Below are positions 17,386 through 26,571 of a stretch of DNA of 64,000 nucleotides, in pieces. Under the pieces are notes generated by a model. It made no database searches and was not told the DNA's origin. It saw only the letters and a list, made by a program, of their open reading frames with translations. The DNA lies in assembly GCA_041744595.1 (NCBI GenBank), contig JBGTKO010000273.1:14644-78643 (forward strand). Reading direction: 5' to 3'. The number at the start of each line of letters is the position of its first letter. Position 1 is the first letter of the stretch. Both the position numbers and the translations under genes were made by a program. This DNA comes from Pirellulales bacterium (lineage in GTDB: Bacteria; Planctomycetota; Planctomycetia; Pirellulales; UBA1268).

Positions 17386-20073
17386 TCAGGAATTGGTGAG
17401 CGAGGGCTTTTCGTCGATCTCGTATCGGAAGCCGCCGGAGTCGGGCTCGAGACCGACCAGCACCTTTCCGACCGATTGGCCCTGAGCGAGGTTTGAAAGC
17501 AGCCGCGTGGACAATTCGGGGAGCATGGTCCCGGACAGAACGTGGTCGATGTTCCTGGCGCCACTATCGACCTCTCGGCAACGTCCCACGACGGCGGCCA
17601 CTACGTCCTCGTTCCAAGAAAAATTCGCGCCGTACGCAGCCTCGAGACGGCGGCCTACGGATTGGAGTTTCAACTCGCAGATCCCCTTCAGGACATCGTC
17701 CGAGAGCGGATAGTAGGGCAGGACGGTCAGCCGTCCCAGGAACGCCGGCTTGAACACCTTCAGCAAGTCACCGTGAAGAGCCTCAGCGAGGCCGGCGGCG
17801 TCAGGACGGGTGGCGGGGTCGCGGCAGAGCTTCATGACCGTGTCCGTACCGGCGTTGCTCGTCATGATGATCACAGTGTTCTTGAAGTCGATATCCCGTC
17901 CTTCGCCGTCCCGCAGCATCCCTTTGTCGAAGACCTGGTAGAAAATGTCTTGCACACCGGGGTGCGCCTTCTCCATCTCATCCAAGAGGACCACACCGTA
18001 GGGGCGGCGGCGGACGGCTTCAGTCAAAACGCCCCCCTCGCCATAGCCCACGTATCCGGGCGGGGATCCCATTAGGAGCGACACCTTGTGCTCCTCCTTG
18101 AACTCGCTCATGTTGATCACGGTCATGTGACTCTCGCCGCCGAACAGGAGCTCCGCCAGCGTGAGCGCGGTCTCGGTCTTTCCTACGCCGCTCGGCCCGG
18201 CGAGGAGGAAGACACCCACAGGCCGCCTTGGATCCGTGAGGCCTGCCCGGGAAGTCTTGATCCGCTCGGCAATCGTCTCGAGGGCATGGGACTGCCCGAC
18301 GATCCGCCCTTCCATACGCGACTTCAGTTCGAGCACGCCCCGGATTTCGTCGGACACCATTCGCCCGACCGGGATGCCTGTCCAGCCCGCGATCACCGCA
18401 GCGATCTGCTGGCCGTCCACGCATGGACTCACCAGCGGAGTTTCCCCCTGTTTCTCTGCCAGGATTCGCTCCAGGTCCGTAAGCCGCTCCTTCAGACGAC
18501 CCCGATCCGCTTCGGCCGCCGGGCCTTCGCCCTGTGCAGGCACTTCCGCGGCCGTCAGGAGCTGGCGACGGATATCACGAATTTCTGCCACCAGTCGTGA
18601 CTCTTCTTCAAAGCGACGTTCGAGCTCAGCCAACTCTCGCTCGTCGGTATCTTTGTCCTTTCTGAACTCCGCCAATCGTTTCGCATGATCGGCGCCGAGC
18701 TCTGCTTCTCGCTCCAGAATGGTGATGGCGGTCACCAGGGCATCGATACGTCGCCTGGCATCCTCGATTGCCGGAGGGACTGCTGCCTGCGCAATCGCGA
18801 CGCGAGCGCACGCGGTGTCAAGAAGGCTTACGGCCTTGTCCGGCAATTGCCGGCCGGACAGGTAGCGGCGAGAGAGCTTCACACTCTCAACCGCTGCTTC
18901 GTCAAGAATCGAAATGGCGTGGTGCTTCTCCAGCGTGCCGACCATGCCCCGGATCATTCGAATGGCCATCTCGTCATCCGGCTCTTCGATCTTCACGACT
19001 TGAAAGCGGCGGGCCAGCGCGGCATCCTTCTCGAAATACTTTTTGTATTCCGCCCAGGTCGTCGCGGCGATCGTGCGGAGCTCGCCACGTGCGAGTGCCG
19101 GTTTGAGCATGTTCGCCGCATCGCCTTGTCCCGCCTGTCCTCCCGCGCCGATGAGCGTGTGCGCCTCGTCAATGAACAGGATGATCGGCGAGGGACTCTT
19201 CTTAACCTCGTCGATGACGTTCTTGAGTCGATTCTCAAACTCGCCCTTCACTCCCGCTCCGGCTTGAAGGAGGCCGAGGTCGAGCGTTCGAAGCGACACA
19301 TTCTTGAGTGGTTCCGGCACGTCCCCGGCAGCGATTCGACAGGCGAATCCCTCCACAACGGCCGTCTTGCCGACGCCCGCCTCTCCCGTCAAAATCGGGT
19401 TGTTCTGCCGTCGACGGGTCAAGATATCGACGATCTGTCGCACCTCGGCCTCGCGGCCGAGCACAGGATCAATCTTTCCCGCCTTCGCCCGAGCCGTGAG
19501 ATCGATCGTGTACTGGTCCAGAGCCGGGGTCTTGGTGGGACCAGCCGCCGCTCCATCCGCGGCCGGCTCCCCCGTTTCGTTCGTGGCGAGTTCGGATTCA
19601 ATGGACCGCTGAAAGACCCTCGCAGCCTCGCGTGCCAAGACGTCGGGACCGATCTTTCGGAGCTCGTCACTGGCCGCGAGGGCCCTGGGGGCGATGGTTT
19701 CCTCTGTGAGCATTGCCTGAAGAAGCCGAGCGCCGCGTACGTCCGTCTCGGCGTGATCGACACTCGCGATGAGCCAGGCCTGACGGATCAGCACGCAGAC
19801 TTCCGGAGACAAGAGTGGGGGCCGCGCGTTACCGGTCTTGAAGTTTTCGACAACCTTCATGAGCCCTGCCATCACGCGTCCCTGGTCGACACCGAAGTGC
19901 CGGAAGAGAAGGCAGATGTCGTTGCCGGGCTGCTCGAGAAGTTTGATGAGCCAGTGCTCGATCTCGACGTTGTAGTTCGTCTTCGAAAGACAGAGCCCCG
20001 CCGCCGCCTCGAGGGCACGCTGGCACTGGGGGTTGAGCTTGCCAATCAGGCCGCGGAGATCAAGGCCAGCCAT
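17386..20073 (-). CDS. clpV: ClpV (TssH) AAA+ ATPase
   Basis: N-domain MAGLDLRGLIGKLNPQCQRALEAAAGLC..NVEIEHWLIKLLEQ. D1 Walker A GEAGVGKTAVVEG; D2 Walker A LLAGPSGVGKTETA. Start chosen at the ATG preceded by GGAAGGA; the ORF extends to 20097. Confidence 0.95.
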   Translation of the reverse strand: MAGLDLRGLIGKLNPQCQRALEAAAGLCLSKTNYNVEIEHWLIKLLEQPGNDICLLFRHFGVDQGRVMAGLMKVVENFKTGNARPPLLSPEVCVLIRQAWLIASVDHAETDVRGARLLQAMLTEETIAPRALAASDELRKIGPDVLAREAARVFQRSIESELATNETGEPAADGAAAGPTKTPALDQYTIDLTARAKAGKIDPVLGREAEVRQIVDILTRRRQNNPILTGEAGVGKTAVVEGFACRIAAGDVPEPLKNVSLRTLDLGLLQAGAGVKGEFENRLKNVIDEVKKSPSPIILFIDEAHTLIGAGGQAGQGDAANMLKPALARGELRTIAATTWAEYKKYFEKDAALARRFQVVKIEEPDDEMAIRMIRGMVGTLEKHHAISILDEAAVESVKLSRRYLSGRQLPDKAVSLLDTACARVAIAQAAVPPAIEDARRRIDALVTAITILEREAELGADHAKRLAEFRKDKDTDERELAELERRFEEESRLVAEIRDIRRQLLTAAEVPAQGEGPAAEADRGRLKERLTDLERILAEKQGETPLVSPCVDGQQIAAVIAGWTGIPVGRMVSDEIRGVLELKSRMEGRIVGQSHALETIAERIKTSRAGLTDPRRPVGVFLLAGPSGVGKTETALTLAELLFGGESHMTVINMSEFKEEHKVSLLMGSPPGYVGYGEGGVLTEAVRRRPYGVVLLDEMEKAHPGVQDIFYQVFDKGMLRDGEGRDIDFKNTVIIMTSNAGTDTVMKLCRDPATRPDAAGLAEALHGDLLKVFKPAFLGRLTVLPYYPLSDDVLKGICELKLQSVGRRLEAAYGANFSWNEDVVAAVVGRCREVDSGARNIDHVLSGTMLPELSTRLLSNLAQGQSVGKVLVGLEPDSGGFRYEIDEKPSLTNS

Positions 20074-20382
20074 GAACGTCATCCTTCCGGGGAACATGAA
20101 CAGTATTCGGTTGAACGGAATGCAGGCCGGCGATCGGCCCGCACGGGAGCCTGCACGGTACCGTGACGACGCCGGCCAGGCCAGTACCCCCTTTCCCCAA
20201 ATCTCGCGGCCCTTGGGTTCGTGAGAAATTCATGACGGTCCAGCGGTGGCGAGGGCGACAACGGGGCTGAATAGGCGAAAGATTGGACATCCCAGTGTCG
20301 CGAAGGGAAGGCCCAAAAAAGCAAGGACGTCGAGGCCACGTGACATCGCGATGCCGACGATCGGTCATGCTACACTCCAAAC
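20074..20382. promoter_or_regulatory. Divergent intergenic region between clpV-hcp (minus) and the DUF3540-vgrG spike operon (plus)
   Basis: A 309-nt non-coding gap between divergently oriented operons; promoters are inferred from gene arrangement only. No convincing -35/-10 or sigma-54 box could be identified by eye. Confidence 0.35.
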
Positions 20383-20958
20383 ATGTCGACCGCCTTTACC
20401 AACGCTCACCTCGCAGTGCATGAACTGCTTCGGGAGTCGCCTGATGGCCGGGACCGGCATCTCTCTTTTGGGCCTTCGACGGTGCTGGCGATCGAGGACC
20501 GTGACGTCCTGCTTGCCTCTGCCGACGGACCGAAACGGGCCCGGATGGCCATGGCACAATCGTATCGGCCGGCGGTCGGTGACGAAGTGCTCGCGGTCGG
20601 TCGGGGCGAAGAGTGGTTTGTGATCGGCCTCCTCTCAGGCAGCGGCGAGACAATGCTCACGGCACCGGGTGATGTGACCATCGCTGCTCCCATGGGGAGA
20701 GTTCAAGTGCTTGCCCGGGACGGAATTGTCCTCAAGGGTGGCCTCGTGACGATTCTGGCAGAGAAGCTGGAACTGACCGCGGGCCACTTGTTTGAGCGGT
20801 TATCGACCCTGACGCAGTGGGTCAGCGGCGCCGTCCAGCGGCGATTGGGGCGAGAGCGAACCCACGTCGAAGGAGACTCGGACCTCAAAGCCGGTCGTAT
20901 CGTCCAGATCGCGGATGCCGATGTCACGATCGATGGCCAACGCATCAACCTTGGTTAA
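20383..20958 (+). CDS. DUF3540-like T6SS-associated protein
   Basis: 191 aa with a beta-rich C-terminal half (DVTIAAPMGRVQVLARDGIVLKGGLVTILAEKLELTAG ... DADVTIDGQRINLG). The family call rests mainly on its position in the conserved DUF3540 / DUF4150 / vgrG / DUF2169 / pentapeptide module, plus size. Confidence 0.6.
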   Translation: MSTAFTNAHLAVHELLRESPDGRDRHLSFGPSTVLAIEDRDVLLASADGPKRARMAMAQSYRPAVGDEVLAVGRGEEWFVIGLLSGSGETMLTAPGDVTIAAPMGRVQVLARDGIVLKGGLVTILAEKLELTAGHLFERLSTLTQWVSGAVQRRLGRERTHVEGDSDLKAGRIVQIADADVTIDGQRINLG

Positions 20959-20999
20959 TCACACGGTATCCGCAGGGTCGTCGAGGAGCCAAGTCACGG

Positions 21000-21461
21000 A
21001 TGTCGTTCCCAGCCAGCAACAACGGTCCCGGTGGGCGTTCCATCGCATCGCAGGACGTCTGCAACACACCGCGGGTCGAACCAGCCATGTCCGTGGCTCC
21101 CCCTGCGGCAACGGAGGCGACCGAGGAGGTGCCGGTTTCTTACACGAGCACCGCGGTCTTCGCCATGGCGACGCTCCCCACCCTCGCGCATAAGGTCTTC
21201 ATCGTCGGGAAGCACGCTGTCACGACAAATACCGAGATTTGGATGAGCACCGGCAACGAGGAAGGGACCGGGGGTGGCGTCGTATCCGGGAGCGTCGCCG
21301 GGCCATGCCGGGTCAGGGCCGGAAGCCGCAAGGTGTTCATCGAAGGCCATGGGGCCGCCTACCTCGGCGTTTTGGTGGGCCACAACAACACGGCCAACAG
21401 CAACATGCCAACCGGCCAGCAGGAGCATGCCAGCCAGGGGAAGGTCTTCGTCGGGCCATGA
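21000..21461 (+). CDS. DUF4150 PAAR-like spike-tip protein (no toxin extension)
   Basis: ATG at 21000 in frame within ORF 20817..21461. Motifs DVCNTP, STGNEEGTGGGVVSGSVAGPC, AGSRKVFIEGHGAAYLG and HNN..N fit the DUF4150 pattern. 153 aa in total. Confidence 0.8.
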   Translation: MSFPASNNGPGGRSIASQDVCNTPRVEPAMSVAPPAATEATEEVPVSYTSTAVFAMATLPTLAHKVFIVGKHAVTTNTEIWMSTGNEEGTGGGVVSGSVAGPCRVRAGSRKVFIEGHGAAYLGVLVGHNNTANSNMPTGQQEHASQGKVFVGP

Positions 21462-21667
21462 ACACGAACCGATCGCTGCGACCGTCCGTTCGTAAACTCG
21501 CCTCCGTCATCGGCTCCCGCGATGATGGCTCACAATGGCCACACAGTCGCCGAGCGCCCGAGCCTTCTCACCACGCCATCGTGCGGTAGGATGTCTGACC
21601 GACTTGCCGGGTACTCGTGCAAAAGGCCTCCCGGCGAGCTCCCTTCACCGACGGAACCACGAACCGC

Positions 21668-23257
21668 ATGTCTCCGGCCCAGTCCAGCGACACGAGTATT
21701 GTCACTTCGGCCAAGGTCGTCACCGCAGCCGGTGCAGATGTTTTTCGCCTCACGAGGATGCGGTACACCGAGGCGCTCGGCGTCCCCTTCGAGTTGACGC
21801 TCGACCTCATTTCCAACGAAGCAAACCTCGACCCGGACAAACTTCTCGGCACGGCGGCCACCGTGAGCTTCACACTGCCGAACGGAGGCGAAAGATACTT
21901 CAGCGGGATCGTGGATCAATTCGAACAGCCGTTCATCCGGGGCAATACCGGGGTGTATCGGATGGTAGTAATCCCGTGGATCGGGCTTCTTCACCTCGGT
22001 TCCACCTGCCAGATTTTCCAGGGGAAGAAGCCACAGGACGTCGTGAAGGCCGTCTTCGATGCCCTCTCCTTCAAAGACTACAGCCTGTCTGGCCTGACGG
22101 GTTCCTATCCCGAGCTCCCGTTCTGCGTCCAATACAACGAGTCGTATCTCAACTTTGTCCAAAGGGTCACCCAGCGATACGGAATCTCTTATTTTTGTAA
22201 GCAGGAGAATCAGAAGCACACGGTCGTGTTTGCCGATAGCGCCTCAGGGTATTCGTCGTTCCCAGGCTACGACACGATTCCTTACAATGCAGCTGCCGAT
22301 GCATCCACCAGCACGGAACACATCGAGGAGTGGACTTGGCACAAGCGCGTGGCGTCGGGAAAGCAGGTCCTCAAGGACTACGACTACACAAACCCTTCCG
22401 CAACGCTCTTGAGCACCAAAACAGCGACGCACTCCTATCCGCACGGTGACCTCGAGCGGTTCGAGTATCCGGGGCATTACCACACGCAAAGCGAGGGCGA
22501 CACGCTGGCGCAAGTCTGCATGGACGAGGCGACTTGTGAGCAGTGGACGGCGACCGGTCGCGCTCGGTGCTGGGGGCTCTCGGCCGGGAGCACCTTTACC
22601 TTGGAGAAGTTTCCTCGATCCGATCAGAATCAGAAGTATCTCGTGACGTCGGTCGATATCGTCGTGGAGTCGCAGCCCTCGGCCGGGGGCTACTCCTGCG
22701 AGGCCCGATTCGCTGCAATTCCGGCCTCGGTCACGTTCCGTCCTGCTCGGACCGCCAGGGTGCCTCGGATTGCCGGCATGCAGACGGCGGATGTCGTCGG
22801 CCCTGCCGCCCAGCCGGCTAAGACGCCCTACTGCGACGTGTACGGGAACATCCGTGTCAAGTTCCGCTGGGACCGGACGTCCACGAAGAACGACACCTGT
22901 TCATGCTGGGTTCGCTACGCCCAGTTTTCCGCCGGCCCAGGATGGGGAGCCGTGTTTCTGCCCCGCGTAGGCTGCGAAGTCGCCATTGCGTTCGAGGAGG
23001 GCGACCCCGATCGCCCGATGGCCATCGGTGGTTTTTACAACGGCACCAACAGTCCGCCGCCGGAAGGGCTCGACGTGACGCCGGCCGACAAGAAAATACC
23101 GCCAACCCCTGCAACCGTGAAGAAGAACACGGCGTCGGTGATCAAAGACGACGGGGGGAACTTTTTCGCGATCAGCCCTGATGATGACGCGCAGTTGGTG
23201 ACTCTCTATTCGCCCATCGACCACACCAAACTCATGATCGGAAAAATTCCAAGTTGA
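21668..23257 (+). CDS. vgrG: VgrG (TssI) spike protein, short form
   Basis: gp27-like N-terminal region (FRLTRMRYTEALGVPFELTLDLIS, ERYFSGIVDQFEQ). gp5 OB-fold motif WVRYAQFSAGPGWGAVFLPRVGCEVAIAFEEGDPDRPMAIGGFYNG. It ends ~72 aa after that motif with tandem stops TGA TGA. The start is uncertain (21617 or 21668). Confidence 0.9.
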   Translation: MSPAQSSDTSIVTSAKVVTAAGADVFRLTRMRYTEALGVPFELTLDLISNEANLDPDKLLGTAATVSFTLPNGGERYFSGIVDQFEQPFIRGNTGVYRMVVIPWIGLLHLGSTCQIFQGKKPQDVVKAVFDALSFKDYSLSGLTGSYPELPFCVQYNESYLNFVQRVTQRYGISYFCKQENQKHTVVFADSASGYSSFPGYDTIPYNAAADASTSTEHIEEWTWHKRVASGKQVLKDYDYTNPSATLLSTKTATHSYPHGDLERFEYPGHYHTQSEGDTLAQVCMDEATCEQWTATGRARCWGLSAGSTFTLEKFPRSDQNQKYLVTSVDIVVESQPSAGGYSCEARFAAIPASVTFRPARTARVPRIAGMQTADVVGPAAQPAKTPYCDVYGNIRVKFRWDRTSTKNDTCSCWVRYAQFSAGPGWGAVFLPRVGCEVAIAFEEGDPDRPMAIGGFYNGTNSPPPEGLDVTPADKKIPPTPATVKKNTASVIKDDGGNFFAISPDDDAQLVTLYSPIDHTKLMIGKIPS

Positions 23258-23314
23258 TGAACGGGGCGGAAAGCCGTCGTTCGTCGCCACAACGGATCGA
23301 GGAGAAATAGTTCT

Positions 23315-23929
23315 ATGGCATACAAGTTGGACCAAGACAACTCGTCGAGCCAGTCGACGAGTTGGTTCGCGCAGCAATTTTCGAGCATCATCAAAGGGAG
23401 TACTTGGCTCGAGTCGCTCACCTTCTGGAAGCTTTCCAACGTGCTTGGCTGGTACCTGTCGAACTACCTGGCACTCAAAACGCAGTTGATGGTCGGCTTC
23501 GAGCGGAAGATCAACATGCTGTACAAGTACGAGTGGTACATGACGGCGCCCACGAAGACTCTGCTCAATGGGGAAACAAAGATCGACCTCGACAAGACCA
23601 AGAAACTGGTCCCCAAGCTCACACACACGGCTCTCCTTTTCACCTCGCTCGGCACCAGCCACAGCGTCGAGGCCGCGGAAAAACAGGTCAAGGCTGCGGC
23701 AGAGACGAAGCGCATCGCTGGAGGAACCACGGAAACTCATGGAACCCATACGATGACCGTCACCCTCGGCAACAGCACCGAGTCGATTGTGGTGGGAAAC
23801 AAGAACATCATGGCGACCGTCGTGATCATCGACGGAAAAACTGGAATCGCCTTGAGTTCTGGCGCTGGTTCGATTGCAATTTCTACAGCCTCCGTTGCCA
23901 TTTCCGGTCCGCTCATCAATCTCGGGTGA
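23315..23929 (+). CDS. Hypothetical protein, possible detached VgrG C-terminal beta-helix / spike extension
   Basis: AGGAG lies ~10 nt upstream of the ATG. The ORF is in the same reading frame as vgrG, 54 nt after its double stop. The C-terminal half is beta-repeat-like (HTMTVTLGNSTESIVVGNKNIMATVVIIDGKTGIALSSGAGSIAISTASVAISGPLINLG). G/C-ending codons are frequent despite the lower overall GC. The overlapping alternative frame is Arg/His-rich junk. Confidence 0.65.
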   Translation: MAYKLDQDNSSSQSTSWFAQQFSSIIKGSTWLESLTFWKLSNVLGWYLSNYLALKTQLMVGFERKINMLYKYEWYMTAPTKTLLNGETKIDLDKTKKLVPKLTHTALLFTSLGTSHSVEAAEKQVKAAAETKRIAGGTTETHGTHTMTVTLGNSTESIVVGNKNIMATVVIIDGKTGIALSSGAGSIAISTASVAISGPLINLG

Positions 23930-23967
23930 TCAACCCATTGGCGGTGGGTTTCGCTTCGCGCAATACG

Positions 23968-26571
23968 ATGAAGATCGTCAACCGCAATCCTGAGATTCTC
24001 ACCCTGAGTTGGCTCATGGGCCGATTCATGGGCCGGTTCGCCTCCAGAGCCACCTCCCCAGAGGCTCCGTTCGATGCCGCGTTCATCGTCAAGGCGACGT
24101 TGTCCCTGGCCGACGACGGCAGGTTGGTGCCCAGGGAGGAAGGTCCGCTTCAGCCGGAGGGGGACCGCCCGATGCCGGGCGAAGCTCCACTCGGCCTCGC
24201 CTATGCCTCCGACTTCGTCCCGGTGAAGCCAAGGGCAGAATACACGGTGGTCGGTACGGCCCATCGGCCTGCCACGTCGCCAGCCAACCGTTTTCACGCA
24301 GCCGTCGAGGTGGCCGGAATCAGGAAAGAACTGGTGATCTGTGGACCTCGCCCCTGGGAGCCGACCCTCTTCAGCTACCGCGCCGGAAGGCCCGGCTACG
24401 TCGATCGCGAGCCGCTGACCTACGCCGCCGCCCTCGGTGGGCCCGACGACGACGCGAACCCGATTGGGATCGGCCGAGCTCTGCCCCACGCCCCGCGGAT
24501 CGAAGCTGAGGGGCGGCCCGTCACTTCCCCGCATTCCGAGGAGGCGCCCGCAGGGTTCGGGCCGCTCGAGCGACGGTGGGAGCAGAGGAGAACGGCGCTC
24601 GGAAATTTTGGTTCCGGTTGGATCAAGGACCGATGGCCATGGCTGCCGGACGGGCTGGATTCGGAAGTGTTCATGGCAGCGCCCCCCGATCAGCGGCTCT
24701 CGGGGTTCCTTCGTGGTGACGAGTCCATCGCATTCGAGAACATTCTGCCGGACAGGCCCATGGTTCGAACCAAACTGCCGGGCGTGCGAGCGCGGCTGTT
24801 CGTGCTGCGAAAGATCGGCCCGCGATTGCACGATCCGGAGGGAGAGTTTACGGAGGTGCCTCTCGTGCTCGACACGCTCTGGGCAGACCTCGACTCCCGG
24901 GTCGTGGTCCTCGTCTGGCGGGGCATCACGGCTGTTCAGTCAATCGCCTTGCGGGACATCGCCAAGGTTCTGCTCTTCACCGAACCGCTTGATGCGACCG
25001 ACCATCCGCCGTTCCACTACCGGGCCTTGCTCGACGAGGGTGTCGAGCCGGAGGCGCTGCCCGATGCCGCCGCTCGTGCTGAGGCACGAAAAAAAGCCAA
25101 GGCCGAGGCCGAGGCGATGAAGGCCGAGATCAAGGAGTCGATCCGAGCCGGGATGACCTATCCCCCTGACCATCGCAAGGAGCTCGCAGCCTTTGCCGCG
25201 GATGTCAAGGACAAGTCGTCGCTTCTCAAGGACGGAACGAGCCTACCCGACCTCAGTCCGGCCCTCGCTGCCTATGACGACAAGGTGGCCAAGGTCGAGG
25301 CGGCCAGAGACCAGATTCTCGCATTGAAGCGGCCCACAAAGTCGAAGGTGGAAGCGATCTTGGCCGCGGCCAGCGGCCCGAGCGAGGATCCTGCGACACC
25401 GGAGGCACTTCGGAGACAGCTTTCCGAGATGCTCGATCAGGTGAAGGGACTTCCGAACCTTGCTTCGGACCACCAGGCAAAGCTCGAATCGGCGGTGCAG
25501 CAAACGATCGCCAAACAGGAGGAGCTCCTTGCGTTCCGGGAGCGGCTCGACTCGGAGCTCGCCGCGAATTCCGCGAAGATCGACGCTGCCTTGCCAGCAT
25601 GGGCCCTTCGCGAACCGGCCGACCCCGACCAGCCGGTGGACCCCGAGGCAGCTCGCCGCGAGGGCTTTGCCCATCAAAACCTGACCGAGTTTGACTTCTC
25701 CGGTCTTGACCTCGCCGGCGTCGATTTCCGTCACGCTATCGTGGTTGACGCCCTCTTCGTGGGCACGAACCTCACCGGGGCCGACTTCACGGCAGCCGAT
25801 CTGACGGGTGCCGATTTTTCGCGGGCCGATCTTTCGTTCGCGAATCTCGCCGGGGCTGATCTCACGAGCGCCACGCTCATCGGCGCACGGCTCGCCGGGG
25901 CGAACCTCGCCGGCGCGAAGCTGTCGGACCTCGACCTGGCGGGGCTCGATCTTTCGGGCATCGATGCTCCGCAGGCCGATTTTGCCCGTGCGAATCTCGA
26001 GAGGGCGTCACTCGAGCAAGCCAGGCTCGAACGAGCCAACTTTTCCGAGGCAACGCTGACCGGCGCTCGCTTTTTGGGCGCGAAGCTTGCCAATGCCTCC
26101 CTGGCTGGGGCCCACGCGGCCGGTGCCGACTTCTCGACCGCCGACCTGACCGCCATGCGGTCAGGTCAGGGGGCCGACTTCACGGACGCCATTTTCAGGC
26201 TGGCGAAGGCCGAGGGTTCCGTTTGGTCGGATTCGATCGTCGACCGGGCCGACTTTAGCGGTGCCATGCTCGACCGGGCCAACTTCACGTTCGCCTTCTG
26301 TCGCGGCACCCGGTTCTTCCGTTGCCACCTCACCGACGCGACGCTCGACGACGCTGTTCTCGTGGGCGCGATCCTGAGCCAATCCAGGCTCTTTCGGGCC
26401 AGCCTTTCTCGCGCTGACCTCACGCGGGCTCGGTGTGACGGGACGAACATGTTTTCTGCGAGCCTCTGGAGCGCCGTCCTCGTCGATACCGACCTCCGAG
26501 GAGCGAACCTGGGCCGTGCGGTGATGAATGGGGTCGTCCAAGAAGTGGCAACGGCGCAAGGGCAACCATGA
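23968..26571 (+). CDS. DUF2169 domain protein fused to a long pentapeptide-repeat domain
   Basis: ATG at 23968 in frame within ORF 23362..26571. DUF2169-like N-terminal ~450 aa (FDAAFIVKATLSL, AYASDFVPVKPRAEYTVVGTAH, FGPLERRWEQRR). Then a KAE-rich linker. Then ~300 aa of A(D/N)LxG pentapeptide repeats (ADFTAADLTGADFSRADLSFANLAGADLTSA...). Confidence 0.85.
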   Translation: MKIVNRNPEILTLSWLMGRFMGRFASRATSPEAPFDAAFIVKATLSLADDGRLVPREEGPLQPEGDRPMPGEAPLGLAYASDFVPVKPRAEYTVVGTAHRPATSPANRFHAAVEVAGIRKELVICGPRPWEPTLFSYRAGRPGYVDREPLTYAAALGGPDDDANPIGIGRALPHAPRIEAEGRPVTSPHSEEAPAGFGPLERRWEQRRTALGNFGSGWIKDRWPWLPDGLDSEVFMAAPPDQRLSGFLRGDESIAFENILPDRPMVRTKLPGVRARLFVLRKIGPRLHDPEGEFTEVPLVLDTLWADLDSRVVVLVWRGITAVQSIALRDIAKVLLFTEPLDATDHPPFHYRALLDEGVEPEALPDAAARAEARKKAKAEAEAMKAEIKESIRAGMTYPPDHRKELAAFAADVKDKSSLLKDGTSLPDLSPALAAYDDKVAKVEAARDQILALKRPTKSKVEAILAAASGPSEDPATPEALRRQLSEMLDQVKGLPNLASDHQAKLESAVQQTIAKQEELLAFRERLDSELAANSAKIDAALPAWALREPADPDQPVDPEAARREGFAHQNLTEFDFSGLDLAGVDFRHAIVVDALFVGTNLTGADFTAADLTGADFSRADLSFANLAGADLTSATLIGARLAGANLAGAKLSDLDLAGLDLSGIDAPQADFARANLERASLEQARLERANFSEATLTGARFLGAKLANASLAGAHAAGADFSTADLTAMRSGQGADFTDAIFRLAKAEGSVWSDSIVDRADFSGAMLDRANFTFAFCRGTRFFRCHLTDATLDDAVLVGAILSQSRLFRASLSRADLTRARCDGTNMFSASLWSAVLVDTDLRGANLGRAVMNGVVQEVATAQGQP

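Noticed and set aside
18685-20166. 493-aa plus-strand ORF
   Set aside because: It is antisense to clpV, whose Walker motifs and N-domain are unambiguous on the minus strand.
23362-23967. N-terminal 202 codons of the 1,069-aa ORF 23362..26571
   Set aside because: The translation (HHQREYLARV.., RRGRGKTGQGCGRDEAHRWRNHGNSW..) is Arg/His-rich junk that overlaps the better-supported ORF 23315..23929. The DUF2169 similarity begins at the internal ATG 23968.
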